A stretch of 64,000 nucleotides of DNA from Zancudomyces culisetae HAW-14-8 (lineage: Eukaryota; Fungi; Kickxellomycota), in assembly GCA_052426225.1 (NCBI GenBank), contig JBNJNM010000007.1, positions 434,001-498,000 of the forward strand, written 5' to 3'. The position numbers and the translations under genes are program-made. The stretch's first letter is position 1. The number at the start of each line of letters is the position of its first letter. The notes under the pieces are model-generated. The model worked only from the letters and a program-made list of their open reading frames with translations. It had not been told where the DNA came from and did no database searches. Positions 25,890-37,913 of the stretch are shown one piece after another.

Positions 25890-26330
25890 ATGAGAGAGAC
25901 AGCCAAAGAAAAGTTATATCGCAAATTCAAGGAAGAACCATTGGTTCTGGGCGGTGTCGGATTCACAATCGCAGCCTTTACATATGCAACTGTTAGCTTG
26001 TATCGTCGAAATTCGCAGGGAATGCAAATTGGAATGAGATATCGTATTTTATTCCAGGGACTTACTGTGGGTGCGTTGGTGTACTATTCGTACAAAAAAA
26101 TCAACACGCCAAATGTCGATGAAAATGGAAACCTTATAAAAAGAGAAACTGACCGTACACAACAGGGACTGAGAAATATCGATTGGGATAAATTAGAAGC
26201 TAGGTCCAAACAATTGGAGTTGGAAGCCAAAATGAAGGCAGCAGACAAGGATGCTCAGGTATTTGCAGAAGAACAAGAAAGCATAAGCCCCATTATTGAA
26301 GCCACCAAATCTGTTTTCAAAAAGGATTAA
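25890..26330 (+). CDS. RCF1: HIG1-domain respiratory supercomplex factor (Rcf1-like)
   Basis: KLYRKFKEEPLVLGG...SQGMQIGMRYRILFQGLTV, followed by a fungal-type C-terminal tail. Confidence 0.85.
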   Translation: MRETAKEKLYRKFKEEPLVLGGVGFTIAAFTYATVSLYRRNSQGMQIGMRYRILFQGLTVGALVYYSYKKINTPNVDENGNLIKRETDRTQQGLRNIDWDKLEARSKQLELEAKMKAADKDAQVFAEEQESISPIIEATKSVFKKD

Positions 26331-26617
26331 GGGGTGTTATTCCCCTTTTATGTCCACCGTCGCCGTTTGATTTGTTGGCGCTTTTGATGTTTTTATACTT
26401 TATATTGACTGGTATAGTAAGAAATTAATTTTTATTTACACCAAACTTGTTTAATAAATCTTGCGAAATTCGGTCGCCCAAAGCCCTTTACCAAGTAATA
26501 AAAGGTTGGCGGCACCAATTTGGTTGGAGATAATGAGTAATAATACCAAGAAAAATGACATCTAGCTATACATCCAAACAAAGGATGATTTCGGTGCTTT
26601 TGTGCTGATAAATTATT

Positions 26618-27943
26618 CTATACTTTGTTCTTCAAAATGAACGATGTAACTTCTTGATAAAATTCTTCGGGTTTTTCAGAATGCACTATTTATAATAATA
26701 AAAAAAGTGTGATGGAATTATATCGGTACATGTAAAACACGATAGATAATCATTTGGTTATTTGGGTAATAGAACAATTAGGAGGAATATTCGCTAATAC
26801 TAGCATGGATAACTTACCCCAATGTCCAGTGTCCAATTCCACGATTGATGAATTTACAAACATCTTCTTAAATTTGGCAACTCCAGCGCCATTAATGTGT
26901 GTGGATCTTGAACCGCAAACAAGTAGTGAGGGTTTGTTGTATTCAAAAATCAGTTGGGATTGCAGATTATCCGAAGCATTTGAACCAATACTACCACTAT
27001 TAATGATCTTTGAGGGCTCTGGCATCGTTTCATACAGTGGATCTTTTTGCTGGTGTGGGGTTGATGGAACAAATGTGGGAGGTGGTAGTGGCCATCCACG
27101 AACATCATCCATTCCTTCTCTGATGTATTTAGAGCCCAGCCTCAGCTTTAACACACCCTCGTCATTCAGTCTGAGGTTGGTGAGAATAAACTGTCGCACA
27201 GTCTTGTCGTTGGGCTCGTATTTGTGAAATAATTCATCGGCCTGTCTAAGATTTGTTATTCTTTCCGGATGGTTGTGGATCTCCTCCAAGCCGGTCAAGT
27301 AGTTTATGAAATCCTGTGAAAGTTCTGAAAAAGATGGTGTCATATCCTCAACAATTACTGACGAGACCAATTCTGGGTATAGCAAGGATGTTATCATTGA
27401 TACTTTACCACCCATTGAATGGCCCATCAACACAACCTTGTCCCATTTTTTTTGCTCAATAAAATGCAAAATATCCTTGGTCATGGCAAAATAATTATGT
27501 GGACCCATATGCTGGCTACTGCCATGGTTTCTCAGATCAACAGCGACTATAGTTCTATCCAAAGTTTTGTTGATTCTTCGCATCAGCCCCCGCCAGTTGA
27601 GCTTGCTACCGTAAAGTCCGTGTATCGCTATTATGGGTGGCAGGTTGGAATCAGCAGATGAGCTGTTAAACTCGAGTGAATCAAGGGTGGCAGGTTCGTA
27701 CTGTTCTACGCGTTTTTGATACTCTGCCAACATCTTGTTGTATTCAACATTATCAGTTCTAGTTTTGGTGCTGTATCTGCTGCCAGAAGTAGCAGTAGAG
27801 TTCAGGCCAGAGTATAACAAAGTAATTCCACTGCTTGGAATTTCTGCCATATTTTGGATATTGCCATACCTGAGCTTGGCCCACCCACTAAAAAGCGGGC
27901 TTCGAACACTCGTGCTGCCTATTCTAGCTAGCCTATTGTACAT
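26618..27943 (-). CDS. Mitochondrial alpha/beta hydrolase ABHD11/Imo32-like, 2 exons
   Basis: HGLYGS oxyanion motif, DLRNHG, GHSMGG nucleophile; intron 26686-26817 joins GHW to VHSEKPEEF. Confidence 0.92.
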
Positions 27944-28347
27944 ATTTTTTTAATAGTTTTTGTGGGTTAATGAGTTGGTTTTTTGGTGTATTCTTGTAGA
28001 GTGTCAAAAGCTAAAACCCCTTCATAAAAATAAATACTAATTCAATCAACTTTGTTTTGAAGAATAATAAAATTTGATGGACTTTTTAAATAATTTTTCA
28101 TTTAATAAATGATGTAATAACTACAAATTACAGATTGATTTGTAGTAAAATTTTGGGATGGCCAAGTAAAAAAAAAAACAAAAAAAAATTGCAAGAAATC
28201 ATTAATCATTACTAGTGGGAATTTGATAAACGTGCTTGGAGATATTATTACTGAGTTATTAACTAAAAAGTTTTGCTTTTTTTTTAATTTTAATTATGAT
28301 TAGATTTTTGAATTAGACAGAAATATACAAATAAGTACAACGAAAAA

Positions 28348-29478
28348 ATGTTGCCGAAATCATTACTCTCAGCCGCAAAAGGTCTGGTCAATCCAAGAGC
28401 AATAAACACGAGTATAGGATATAGCCGCAATCGCTATTCTACCAACGACACATTCGGCAAGAAAAGTGATAGCCAAGCCAAAACGCATTTACTAGTTGAA
28501 AATGGGAACCATCAAGAGTCAGCTAGTGCTATAAACATTCAATCGTCGCTGGCTGATCCAAGGCAATCGCTTTTATTTTTTAACCAGAGCGATGTTTCAA
28601 AGGCTGATAGTGGTAACGGCAATGAGGCATTAAAAACAAGTCCGGGTTCGAAGCCTGACCCAACTCCAGAGCAGGATTTGGAAACGAAAAAACGTGCGCG
28701 AGGAATAGTGATTCCGGGAACACCGGTGGGTATTACGAAACAGCAGCTAGTGGCGAACCAAAAGAGCTATCAAGTACATCATGGTCAAAAACAGAGCGCA
28801 AAGGCGACGAATTGGGTGCAGACCAAAGTGAAAGATACATTGGATGCGGAAAAGAATTACAAGAAACGGGAGGAGTTGATACGGAAAATTGGGCAGTCGT
28901 ATTGGCAAAATGTAGAAGATCTAAAGATATTCGGTACAAAGTTGTATCATGCTACTGATAAACTGATTCCAGAAAAGGAGGCAAGGTATATTCCAATGTT
29001 GGAGATAAAATCCTTGGAGACAAATACTGAAAAGGAATTAAACAATATTACGGGAGGAAAAGTCAGTTTGGTGACATTTGAATTTACAAATATGGGACAG
29101 GAACAAGTCAAATCCTTTACCAGTAAACTAGACATTGGTAAAAACGGTAGTAGCAATAATAACAATAACAAAAACAAAAAATTCCAACTTGTTCGTATAA
29201 ATATTGAGGAAAATTGGATGAAGGCAGCTATAGTTAAGGCATGCTTTGGATATATTCGGAAACAACTAGAACGGGAAAACATGGTCGATTCTTACTATTA
29301 CCATTTGGGAGGTAGTGTGGAGCCGCTCCGGATTGATTTGAATATCATTAGCAAGTTTTTGGGGTATGTATATTTGGTTGACAAGAATTCCAAAGTCAGA
29401 TGGTATGCTAATGGAGATGCAACCGAAAAGGAAGTAGAAACTATGAATAGACTTGTTAAGGAATTGTTATCACAATAA
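28348..29478 (+). CDS. ATP10: Mitochondrial ATP synthase Fo assembly factor Atp10
   Basis: Presequence; INIEENWMKA; GYVYLVDKNSKVRWYANGDATEKE. Confidence 0.92.
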   Translation: MLPKSLLSAAKGLVNPRAINTSIGYSRNRYSTNDTFGKKSDSQAKTHLLVENGNHQESASAINIQSSLADPRQSLLFFNQSDVSKADSGNGNEALKTSPGSKPDPTPEQDLETKKRARGIVIPGTPVGITKQQLVANQKSYQVHHGQKQSAKATNWVQTKVKDTLDAEKNYKKREELIRKIGQSYWQNVEDLKIFGTKLYHATDKLIPEKEARYIPMLEIKSLETNTEKELNNITGGKVSLVTFEFTNMGQEQVKSFTSKLDIGKNGSSNNNNNKNKKFQLVRINIEENWMKAAIVKACFGYIRKQLERENMVDSYYYHLGGSVEPLRIDLNIISKFLGYVYLVDKNSKVRWYANGDATEKEVETMNRLVKELLSQ

Positions 29479-29872
29479 TTGAATTCTTTTTTTCTTTTTT
29501 TTTTTTACATGATATATTGTGATTTAGAAAATCGAACATTATGATTATAATTATTGCTTGGTACTTTTAGAGTATTAATATGTTGGGGTTGTGTAAATGA
29601 TATGATGAATTATTCAATAGTATTAATGGAGTCTAGATGTCATAATCAAAACCATATATATATACTTATACTCCCACATTCGCATCAATCTTTTCAATTT
29701 ACTGGATTTATCAATGAAAGAGATAATAATAATAATAAGAATAAGAAGAGTAAAAAATACGAAATAAAATAATAATACTAAAAAATTTTAAAGGGCTTTA
29801 TAAATAGTTGGAAATAAATGTAGGCAAAAAGAAAAAAAAAGAAAATAAAAGAAAAAAAAAAGAGGGAAAAGG

Positions 29873-31366
29873 TTAAACTGAACCAAAACTCTTTTGAACA
29901 GCATGTTTCCAACCAACCAACATTTTTTCACGTTTGTCAGACCCAATTTTGGATTTAAAAACCGTTGTGACATTCTGACCCATGATTTCCGTTTTATTTT
30001 TCCAAAAGCCGACAGCAAGCCCGGCAGCAATGGCGGCACCAAACGCAGTAGTTTCACGCATTTCGGGGCGGATGACTTCGATTCCAAGAATGTCGGCCTG
30101 GATTTGCATGGCAAGATCCGAGTTTGTCAGACCACCATCTACACGGAGCTTTTTGAGATCGGTTCCGCTATCGGCATTCATGGCATCGAGAATGTCCTTG
30201 GTTTGGTAGCATACCGACTCGAGTGTTGCACGGGCAATGTGTCCACTTGTCGCGTACTGTGTCAGGCCGGTAATGATACCTCTGGCGTCGTCCCTCCAGT
30301 ATGGCGCGAATAGTCCTGAGAAGGCAGTTACAAAGTATACGCCGCCGTTGTCCTTGACGGTCGCTGCGAGGTTGTTTACTTGTGATGAGCTGGAAATAAG
30401 TCCAACCTTGTCGCGGAGCCATTGGATTGCTGATCCGGCAACCGCGATTGATCCTTCAAGAGCATAGACGGGTTTTTCATTGGGACCAAGTTGGTACGCA
30501 ACAGTTGTCAAAAGACCGTTTTTGGAGAAGATTGGAGTTTCTCCAGTATTGAAAAGCATGAAACAACCTGTTCCATAAGTATTCTTTGCTTCACCAGGAC
30601 TGAAACATAGTTGTCCGACTGTCGCAGCCTGTTGATCACCAAGATCACCAGCTATACTTACACCTTTCAATGCGCCATAAGTGATTTGTCCATATACTTC
30701 AGAGGAAGATTTGATTTCAGCTAGGCACGATTTGTTGATTCCAAAGAACTCACATGACTTGTCGCTCCATTGTAGTGTCTTGAGATCCATCAACATGGTT
30801 CTGCTAGCATTGGTAACATCAGTGATGTGTTTACCAGTGAGTTTGTAAATAATCCATGAGTCAATGGTACCAAACCGGAGAGTACCCTTTTGATTGGCCT
30901 TTTTAACAGCATCAACATTTTCCAACATCCAGACCATTTTGACTGCACTAAAGTATGTAGCCAAGGGTAGACCACAAATCTTTGGGATTTCAGTATTTAC
31001 GTCCTTTTTGGTCAGTCGCTGGACAACGTCTCTGGTACGAGTATCGCTCCAAATAATAGCATCGGTTAAACACTCGCCAGTCTCCGAATCCCAAGCGACC
31101 GTGGTTTCACGTTGGTTGGTGATACCAACAGCGACAATGTCAGATACCGAATGGCCCATTTTGACGAATTTTTCAATACAGCTTTCTACAGAGTTCAGCA
31201 CGGAAAGCAGGATTTCCTTTGGGTCGTTTTGGACCCAGCCAGGGTGTGGGTACGCATTGGAATACTCGATTTGGTGGGATATTACAACATTTCCCTTATG
31301 ATCAAATATCAAAAATCGTGAAGATGAAGTACCCTGATCAATAGAACCTACAAACTTGTTTTCCAT
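29873..31366 (-). CDS. GUT1: Glycerol kinase (FGGY family)
   Basis: IDQGTSSSRF, GITNQRETT, TYFSAVK, GDQQAA, AKNTYGTGCF, SGLFAPYW; intronless. Confidence 0.97.
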   Translation of the reverse strand: MENKFVGSIDQGTSSSRFLIFDHKGNVVISHQIEYSNAYPHPGWVQNDPKEILLSVLNSVESCIEKFVKMGHSVSDIVAVGITNQRETTVAWDSETGECLTDAIIWSDTRTRDVVQRLTKKDVNTEIPKICGLPLATYFSAVKMVWMLENVDAVKKANQKGTLRFGTIDSWIIYKLTGKHITDVTNASRTMLMDLKTLQWSDKSCEFFGINKSCLAEIKSSSEVYGQITYGALKGVSIAGDLGDQQAATVGQLCFSPGEAKNTYGTGCFMLFNTGETPIFSKNGLLTTVAYQLGPNEKPVYALEGSIAVAGSAIQWLRDKVGLISSSSQVNNLAATVKDNGGVYFVTAFSGLFAPYWRDDARGIITGLTQYATSGHIARATLESVCYQTKDILDAMNADSGTDLKKLRVDGGLTNSDLAMQIQADILGIEVIRPEMRETTAFGAAIAAGLAVGFWKNKTEIMGQNVTTVFKSKIGSDKREKMLVGWKHAVQKSFGSV

Positions 31367-32284
31367 TGCTTTGTGTTTTTTGTTTTGTGTTTTAAAAGTA
31401 TAATTATTTACTAAAAAAAAACAACTCGAGATATAGAAAGGAAAAAAAAGACTAGAGAATTTTTGTTTAAATTATAAAGAGGGTTTTTTTATATAATATA
31501 TATACAAATATATATGTATGGATTATGTGTAAATTTTTTCTTTCTTTCTTTCTTTCTTTATAAGGATTTGTTTACTAGAGTACATGTAATATTATTTATA
31601 TATTTTATAATATTGCATTAATGCAATAACAACTACAAAAATATTTTATTTTTTTTTACCCACACAAACTTTATAGTATCGAATTAAACTTAAACTGCTA
31701 TCTATATAGGTTGGAAATAACTAGCTTATTATTAAAGGATTTCTAGAACAAAAAAAAAAAAAAAAAAAAAGCAAGATCTACAATATATATGTCACATGAG
31801 AACCTGCATTTTTGTCTAACCAATAAACTGTAATATTTAAATTAAAATTCAATATTATGTGTGATGCAAAAAAAAAAAAGAAAAGAAAGGATGTGAGGAA
31901 AGGAAAGAGAGCAAGGAGGAAAAAAGGCATAAAAGGATCAACTGGTGAGTTGTAAGGGATTATTGGGATTGGAGAGCAAGAAGAGAAAAAGCGAGAGAAA
32001 GAGTGAGAAAGAGTGAGAAAGAGAGGTATAACTGTGATCAGCTTTTTGGTTTTTTTTGGCATGAATAACAAACCCATTCTTCCCATTATTTTATTTTTTT
32101 TGTACCAAATAATAGCAAGATGTAGCAAGTATTGTTGAAACTAATTCAAGTTCAAATTTTAATGTAGTATAGTATAATGATGATGTAAAATAATAAAATA
32201 GTAAAATAGTAAAATAATAAAAATAAAATAAGATAAACAAATGAGGAAAAAAGGAAAAAAGGAAAAAAGGAAATTAAATGGAAT

Positions 32285-35200
32285 TTAGAGCAAAACCAAA
32301 CCAGAAGCAAGAGTAGAATTTGGATCGCCAATCTTTGAAATCAAACAAACGGTACAAGTACCAAGAGACTTGGGATCAAGATCGGTAGAATAGGACGCAG
32401 CACAATAATGGCAAACCAACTTGGAATGGCCCTTGTAGATTGGAACATAGGATGAAGCACAAATGTCAAAGGGATTGTAAGGATCATAGGCAAAATCATC
32501 AAGAGCATCGTTGGGATTGCGGTCGGAAATGACCAGAATCTGGTTGGCCTGAGTGGCAATGCGAGAGGAAGGACCAAGGTTCAGCAAACGGTTGGCAAAG
32601 GAGGCAGCAGACTTGTAGCACTTGAGCTTGTAGGCAATAGACATGGCAGACTGTAAGGCCAGCTGTTCGTGGACAGGCTGGAGAGAACAATGGGTGAAGT
32701 AAGCAGCCAGTTCAAGTAGACGAGTAGAAGAGGGAGCAGAGTCACGGCGGTGTTTTTCAATGGACAAGCCGAGAATGTATTCGCGACAAATGGAAATAAG
32801 CTGATGAGCTTCCTCAAGCTGAGATTTTTTGGAGACAACGAGGAAAGGAATGGAGAGGAGGATGTTGCGGAAGATAACAATGGCATCAGCAAACTTGCCA
32901 GCAGTGGTGGCTTTGTAAGCAGACTGAAGGAGGGCAAGGAGTGAGTGTAGAGAGAAGGGACGAACAAAGGTAAATTTGTCAGAAGAGGAGGAAATGAGAG
33001 GAGAGAGATGGGGAGCACCAGGAGAGGCAGGCAAGAAAGAGCGAGAAGCAGAGTAGATTTGAAGGAAGATAGGTTTGAGGGGAGCAAAGTTGGAAACAGC
33101 AATGTGAGAGTGTAACATAGACATGGCGGCATCAAAGTGGCCAGCGGCGACCAGATCGACGGGGTACTTGGAAGAGCGAGCAGCAACAAGCAGAGGATTT
33201 GGAAGAGGATTTGGAGGGACGTAGTCGGCAGCAGCAGCAGCAGTAGCCTTGGCAGCAATGTCAGAACCCAAGCCGTCGAGATCAGCATCGACACCCCAGC
33301 CTGAGAGTTGAGGTTCTTGGTCTTGGTTTAGGTTTAGGTTTAGGTCTCTGTCAGTGGCAAAAGTGTGATCAATGGCACCATGGTCAGTGAGAAGAGAATC
33401 ATCGGCCCAACCAGAGGCGTCAATATCGGCGTCATCTTCAGGAGCAGAAAGAAGCGAATCGAATATTCCACGAGAAATGTGCAGCATTGGCCAGTCCAAC
33501 TGAGAGTTAGAGAAAAGAGGAGTTGGAGGAGTCAGAGGAGTCGATGCAACTGGAATAGGAATATCAGGCAAGGGTGAAGAAGAAGAAGAAGAAGAAGAAG
33601 AGAGTTTTGCAGTAAGTGAAGAGTCATCAATTCCGTGAGATTTGACAGTAAGATAGGCTAGAGACAGTTGACCAGCATCGGCAAGGAGAGAGGCGCGTTG
33701 TTTTGGATCACCTAATAAAAGAGCAGCTTGGAAGTGAGCATTGGGAGAAAGCACACCGCTGGACGAAAGCTTGGCAAGTTTGTCGGGCAAGCCAGCAAGT
33801 AGATATATAAAGGCCAATTTGTCGTAGGCTTTGATGCGTAGATAAGCCAGTTCGGCAGTAGAAATACGACCTAGCTGTAAAGCTTCATCAGCCAGAGTGC
33901 GCCAGTACTGCGGACGGTCAATGACACGGGCAGTCTCAAGAGCAACGTCCAAATTGCCACACTCAATAGCCAATTCAAAGCGGGCAGCAGGGTCGGTTAC
34001 AAAGTGTAGAGCAACTTCGGGGTAACCTTTGTGCTTGAGGTAGGCAATAATCGATTGGCCAACAAGACTGGATTTGCGAATCATATCCACAACCATGCGG
34101 TAGTCCTTCTTCAACAACGCCTGCTTAAACATATAATCGCTCGTCACCACATCAATGCTCCGTGGCATACCGTCGCGGTCCAAGCAGTGTACCTTGGCTC
34201 CTCGGATCGCTGTCACGTATAGTGGGGTTTCCAGAGTCCGGATAATTCCTGCATCGCCGTTCATCAATAGATATTTCAGGTGGCTGAGTGTGGAATACAC
34301 AAAGACTGACGATCCATCCCACACGCCTGATTTGATGCGGATCGTTTCATGCGTCTGTGTTTCAATAGCCAAGTCTCTTGTCGCTATCGTTACCATATGC
34401 TTGCTCAACAATGCCACTCGGCTCATATCTGCTGTCCAAATTGCATACTTGACATTCGATGCCTTGAGCTCGCCAACCACTGTGCGTCGAACAACATCGT
34501 ACCTCACCACTGCACTGCTGCTTGCTATCAACACTTCATTTCCTGCTGCTGCAAACATATACCGTGGGCTGAATCCCAGCGTTCCTGTCTTGGTCGTCAC
34601 ATTGTCCACATCCTTAAGCTCAACCTTGTCATCGTGAAGCACTGCAAACCGACTACGCCCTACCCACACTCCACTCGTCCCGCTGCCTCGCTGTCCATTC
34701 CCATTCTGCACCACTTGCCCACTAAACTCCTTGGGCAGTTTGTACAAATCATACTCATTCTCTCCTCCCACCACCACCATCTTCTCGCTCCCATTAAAAC
34801 TAATTGTCCGTGGTGGCCCTCCATAACTAACTGCTGGCCGGTCCTGCATTGTCAGCATCCCTGCATCTGCCCCACTTTGCAAGTCTTGTACCCGAATCTG
34901 ATTCTCTCGCACATACAACAACGTATTGCCCTGTACTGTATACGCCGGCCTCTCCCGCTCCAACTTAAACACCAACAACCCCGAGTCGTGTCCTGCCGCC
35001 ATCAAGTTCTGCTCCGGATGCATCGCCATACACCAGAACCGATCGTTCTCCCGTTTAAACGTCTGCAACAACGTTCGCTTGCCACTATCCCACACCCGCA
35101 CCGTCTTGTCCTCTGAACACGACACTATCAAATCCCGCTTACTGTGGAACAATGCTGACGATACGTTGTTGTAGTGTCCCCGACATGTGTCCACCTCCCA

Positions 35201-35968
35201 CACCTTACTCTCACTCATCCGCCACAACTTGATTTGTCGATCATCTCCACACGAAAGAATCAATGGCATCGTTGGATGGAAACTTGCCCAGTTAATTCCT
35301 CGGCTATGTCCTTCCAACACAAACCTCGCCACCACCTCCATCGACGAAAACATATCTCCCTCTTTTCCCGCTCCATCTCTTCCCATTCCTCCTCCTACCC
35401 CTGCTCCTCCTCCTCCTCCTACTCCTCCTCCCATCCCACTTCCTGCTGCACTCTTCTTGCGTAGCCCTGAAATATCCCATACTCGTACCGTCTGATCCAA
35501 ACTCGCTGACACTACCAAATCTTCTGTTCGATGGAACTCTGCACTCATCACGTAATGGTTGTGCCCTGTCATCACACTAATACACTGTCTCGACTGCCAA
35601 TTCCAGATTCGCACTGTCTGGTCATCTGACGCCGACAAGATCCACGGCTGATTTGGATGGAAACTCACTGACCGGATATAGTCCACATGTCCCTCCAGCA
35701 CAAACATGCATTTCCGCGTCTTGTAGTTCCACACTCGTATCTTGTAGTCATCTCCTCCACTAACAAATATCTCTTGCGTTGGATGAAACGCTATTCCTCT
35801 CACTGGCCCCTGATGATCCTCAAACTTCTCTATAAGCGTTCCCATCCGGTAATCCCACAGCTGAATCGCTCCATTATGTAGTGATGATAGAATCCATGGT
35901 CTTTTTGGATGAAATGCCAGCCCTTTTACCCGCTGGCTTTTCGTTTCAAACTTTGTTAACATTTGCAT
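32285..35968 (-). CDS. COP1: Coatomer subunit alpha (alpha-COP)
   Basis: MLTKFETKSQRVKGLAFHPKRPW, WD40 propellers, GQSIIAYL, ELAAYFTHC; intronless, 1227 aa. Confidence 0.98.
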   Translation of the reverse strand: MQMLTKFETKSQRVKGLAFHPKRPWILSSLHNGAIQLWDYRMGTLIEKFEDHQGPVRGIAFHPTQEIFVSGGDDYKIRVWNYKTRKCMFVLEGHVDYIRSVSFHPNQPWILSASDDQTVRIWNWQSRQCISVMTGHNHYVMSAEFHRTEDLVVSASLDQTVRVWDISGLRKKSAAGSGMGGGVGGGGGAGVGGGMGRDGAGKEGDMFSSMEVVARFVLEGHSRGINWASFHPTMPLILSCGDDRQIKLWRMSESKVWEVDTCRGHYNNVSSALFHSKRDLIVSCSEDKTVRVWDSGKRTLLQTFKRENDRFWCMAMHPEQNLMAAGHDSGLLVFKLERERPAYTVQGNTLLYVRENQIRVQDLQSGADAGMLTMQDRPAVSYGGPPRTISFNGSEKMVVVGGENEYDLYKLPKEFSGQVVQNGNGQRGSGTSGVWVGRSRFAVLHDDKVELKDVDNVTTKTGTLGFSPRYMFAAAGNEVLIASSSAVVRYDVVRRTVVGELKASNVKYAIWTADMSRVALLSKHMVTIATRDLAIETQTHETIRIKSGVWDGSSVFVYSTLSHLKYLLMNGDAGIIRTLETPLYVTAIRGAKVHCLDRDGMPRSIDVVTSDYMFKQALLKKDYRMVVDMIRKSSLVGQSIIAYLKHKGYPEVALHFVTDPAARFELAIECGNLDVALETARVIDRPQYWRTLADEALQLGRISTAELAYLRIKAYDKLAFIYLLAGLPDKLAKLSSSGVLSPNAHFQAALLLGDPKQRASLLADAGQLSLAYLTVKSHGIDDSSLTAKLSSSSSSSSSPLPDIPIPVASTPLTPPTPLFSNSQLDWPMLHISRGIFDSLLSAPEDDADIDASGWADDSLLTDHGAIDHTFATDRDLNLNLNQDQEPQLSGWGVDADLDGLGSDIAAKATAAAAADYVPPNPLPNPLLVAARSSKYPVDLVAAGHFDAAMSMLHSHIAVSNFAPLKPIFLQIYSASRSFLPASPGAPHLSPLISSSSDKFTFVRPFSLHSLLALLQSAYKATTAGKFADAIVIFRNILLSIPFLVVSKKSQLEEAHQLISICREYILGLSIEKHRRDSAPSSTRLLELAAYFTHCSLQPVHEQLALQSAMSIAYKLKCYKSAASFANRLLNLGPSSRIATQANQILVISDRNPNDALDDFAYDPYNPFDICASSYVPIYKGHSKLVCHYCAASYSTDLDPKSLGTCTVCLISKIGDPNSTLASGLVLL

Positions 35969-37198
35969 CGTCCCTTTCTTTTCTTTCTCTCTCTCCCACT
36001 TTTCTTTTCTTTTCTTTTCTCTTTTTTTATTGTACTGTACTATTTGTTTCTAATTTATCTCTAAAACATTCAAATTTTACCTCTCTCCAATTTACTTTTT
36101 ATTATATTTTATTGTTTATAATGTTGCTTTTTTTTTTAATATTCCGAATTATTTACACTTGTAACTATTATTGACAAACGAATAAATCCATTACAAATAT
36201 TAAAATAATAAACATGCTTTATTATTTCTTTTCATATTTAATTATTTTGGCTTTTTTTTATTTTAATGATAGCTTTGCCTTTTTATTGTTTTGCCCAATA
36301 ATCTTGTGTTATGTAGTAATTTTTTTATTTATTTATTATTTATTCAACAGCCTATTTTTCATTTTCAAATTCATTCTCAATTTACTTTTTTTTATTATAT
36401 TTTTCTTTTTATTTTTTTTGAACTATCAATATTTCGCCTTATTTTTAGCTACTATTTCTTTTCTTGTCATCCTTTCATTAATGGGGAGAGATGGGAAGCA
36501 ACAACCAATTTCTCAATTTTTTTTCCCTTTTTTTTATGACCATTTTGTACTCGTCCGCTACAAGTTTACTTGCTATTACCGGAAAAATATCAACTATTTC
36601 TTTGAACATCATATTTCCTTCATTTCTCTATTGAATTTATTTGTATTTCATTCTCTAAAATGTCTTGATCACCAATCCTGCTGCTGGCAATAATAATAAT
36701 AATAATAAAGTAATACTACCCACTCCCTTAACCCACTCCTTACTTTTTCTACTACCATTAGGTATATCATATATCCTAAACCTTTTTTTGTCAACTCTTT
36801 CTGTCCTTTCCCACTTTCCTCCCCACTCCCTCCCCAGCTACTAAGTTATCCCAACACTACTATTATTCAACCAATATCCTTTTTTTTTTCACCACCTTTT
36901 TCATTATTTCCTAAATATACTCTAATATAAAAAATTCAGCTTCAAACATACATACACACTTGCAATTTACTAGTAAAAAAAAAATTACCAGCATAAAAAA
37001 AAATTTTTTTATGTTTTTTCTAGATTTTGTTTTAATTTGATCTCCCTAATTAATATAAACTAACAAGCAAACTATAAGAGAAAAAAAAAGGATAAAAAAA
37101 AAGGAGAAAAGAAAGGCAAACAGAATTTCAAACTCTTGATTTTATATTTTCAAATTCCATTCTCAAACTTTAACCCAACATTGAAACGGAAAAAAAAA

Positions 37199-37913
37199 AT
37201 GAAGTTGCTAACTCACAATATGTTGCAATGCCACGTCAAGGGCTGCGAAGATTCATCCAAAAACTTTCCTCTTCAATTGGAGAATGTCAAGCTTGAAATT
37301 ATCGAAACCGACCAGAATACCGACTTTTTGTCTCGAATGATCCACAGAATCGACTACCCTGCCTTAGTTTCAACCTGCCAATCCGTAAGTACTCTTAATC
37401 CTTTTTACCTTTTTATTTAAATATTCATGTGTATGGTTTACCTTTGAGGATTTTTAAACTGTTTTTAATTCTCACTCGTTTATAACAAAATTTTCTTTCA
37501 AATTATTATTCTTCTTCTTTAGTTGAATATCAATACTCTACCCCAAGCTATCCCTGAAGACTATGAAACCAACGAGGAATTCTTATCAAATCTACACAAA
37601 TGTCTTTTAGAGGTAAACGAATTTTGATATTTTTTTTTCCATCTCTTTTTCATTTATTATCTCTTCTATCTTGTTCATTTTTCTTTATTTAATTAATTAT
37701 TTTTTGAACTTCCTTCACTGTTCTTCTCCCTACCATTAATCTATTCCAACCTAATCCATCTCAACTCTGTAGAACAAAAATAAAATATAAAACTAAACAA
37801 AATATAAATAGACTAATGTCAAGGAAGGAAAAATGGTTTGTAGAGGTTGTGGCCACGTTTACGTTATTGAAAAATCGGTTCCTAATATGCTGTTATCCGA
37901 AACTGAGATCTAA
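37199..37913 (+). CDS. TRM112: Methyltransferase activator Trm112, 3 exons
   Basis: MKLLTHNMLQCHVKGC...NFPLQL; exon 3 EGKMVCRGCGHVYVIEKSVPNMLLSETEI*. Confidence 0.95.

Noticed and set aside
29873-31366. Intronless, GC-richer glycerol kinase as a possible bacterial horizontal transfer
   Set aside because: Motifs look like ordinary eukaryotic/fungal GK (GSIDQGTSSSRFLIF, VAYQLG), and codon bias fits high expression; many neighbours are also intronless.
29788-35881. Long antisense and alternative-frame ORFs over GUT1 and alpha-COP (e.g. 32581-33294, 34349-35116)
   Set aside because: Shadow ORFs caused by codon bias and the skewed composition; no recognisable domains.
35881-36693. Phe/Leu/Ile-rich ORFs resembling membrane proteins
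   Set aside because: Translation of T-rich intergenic DNA between divergent COP1 and TRM112.
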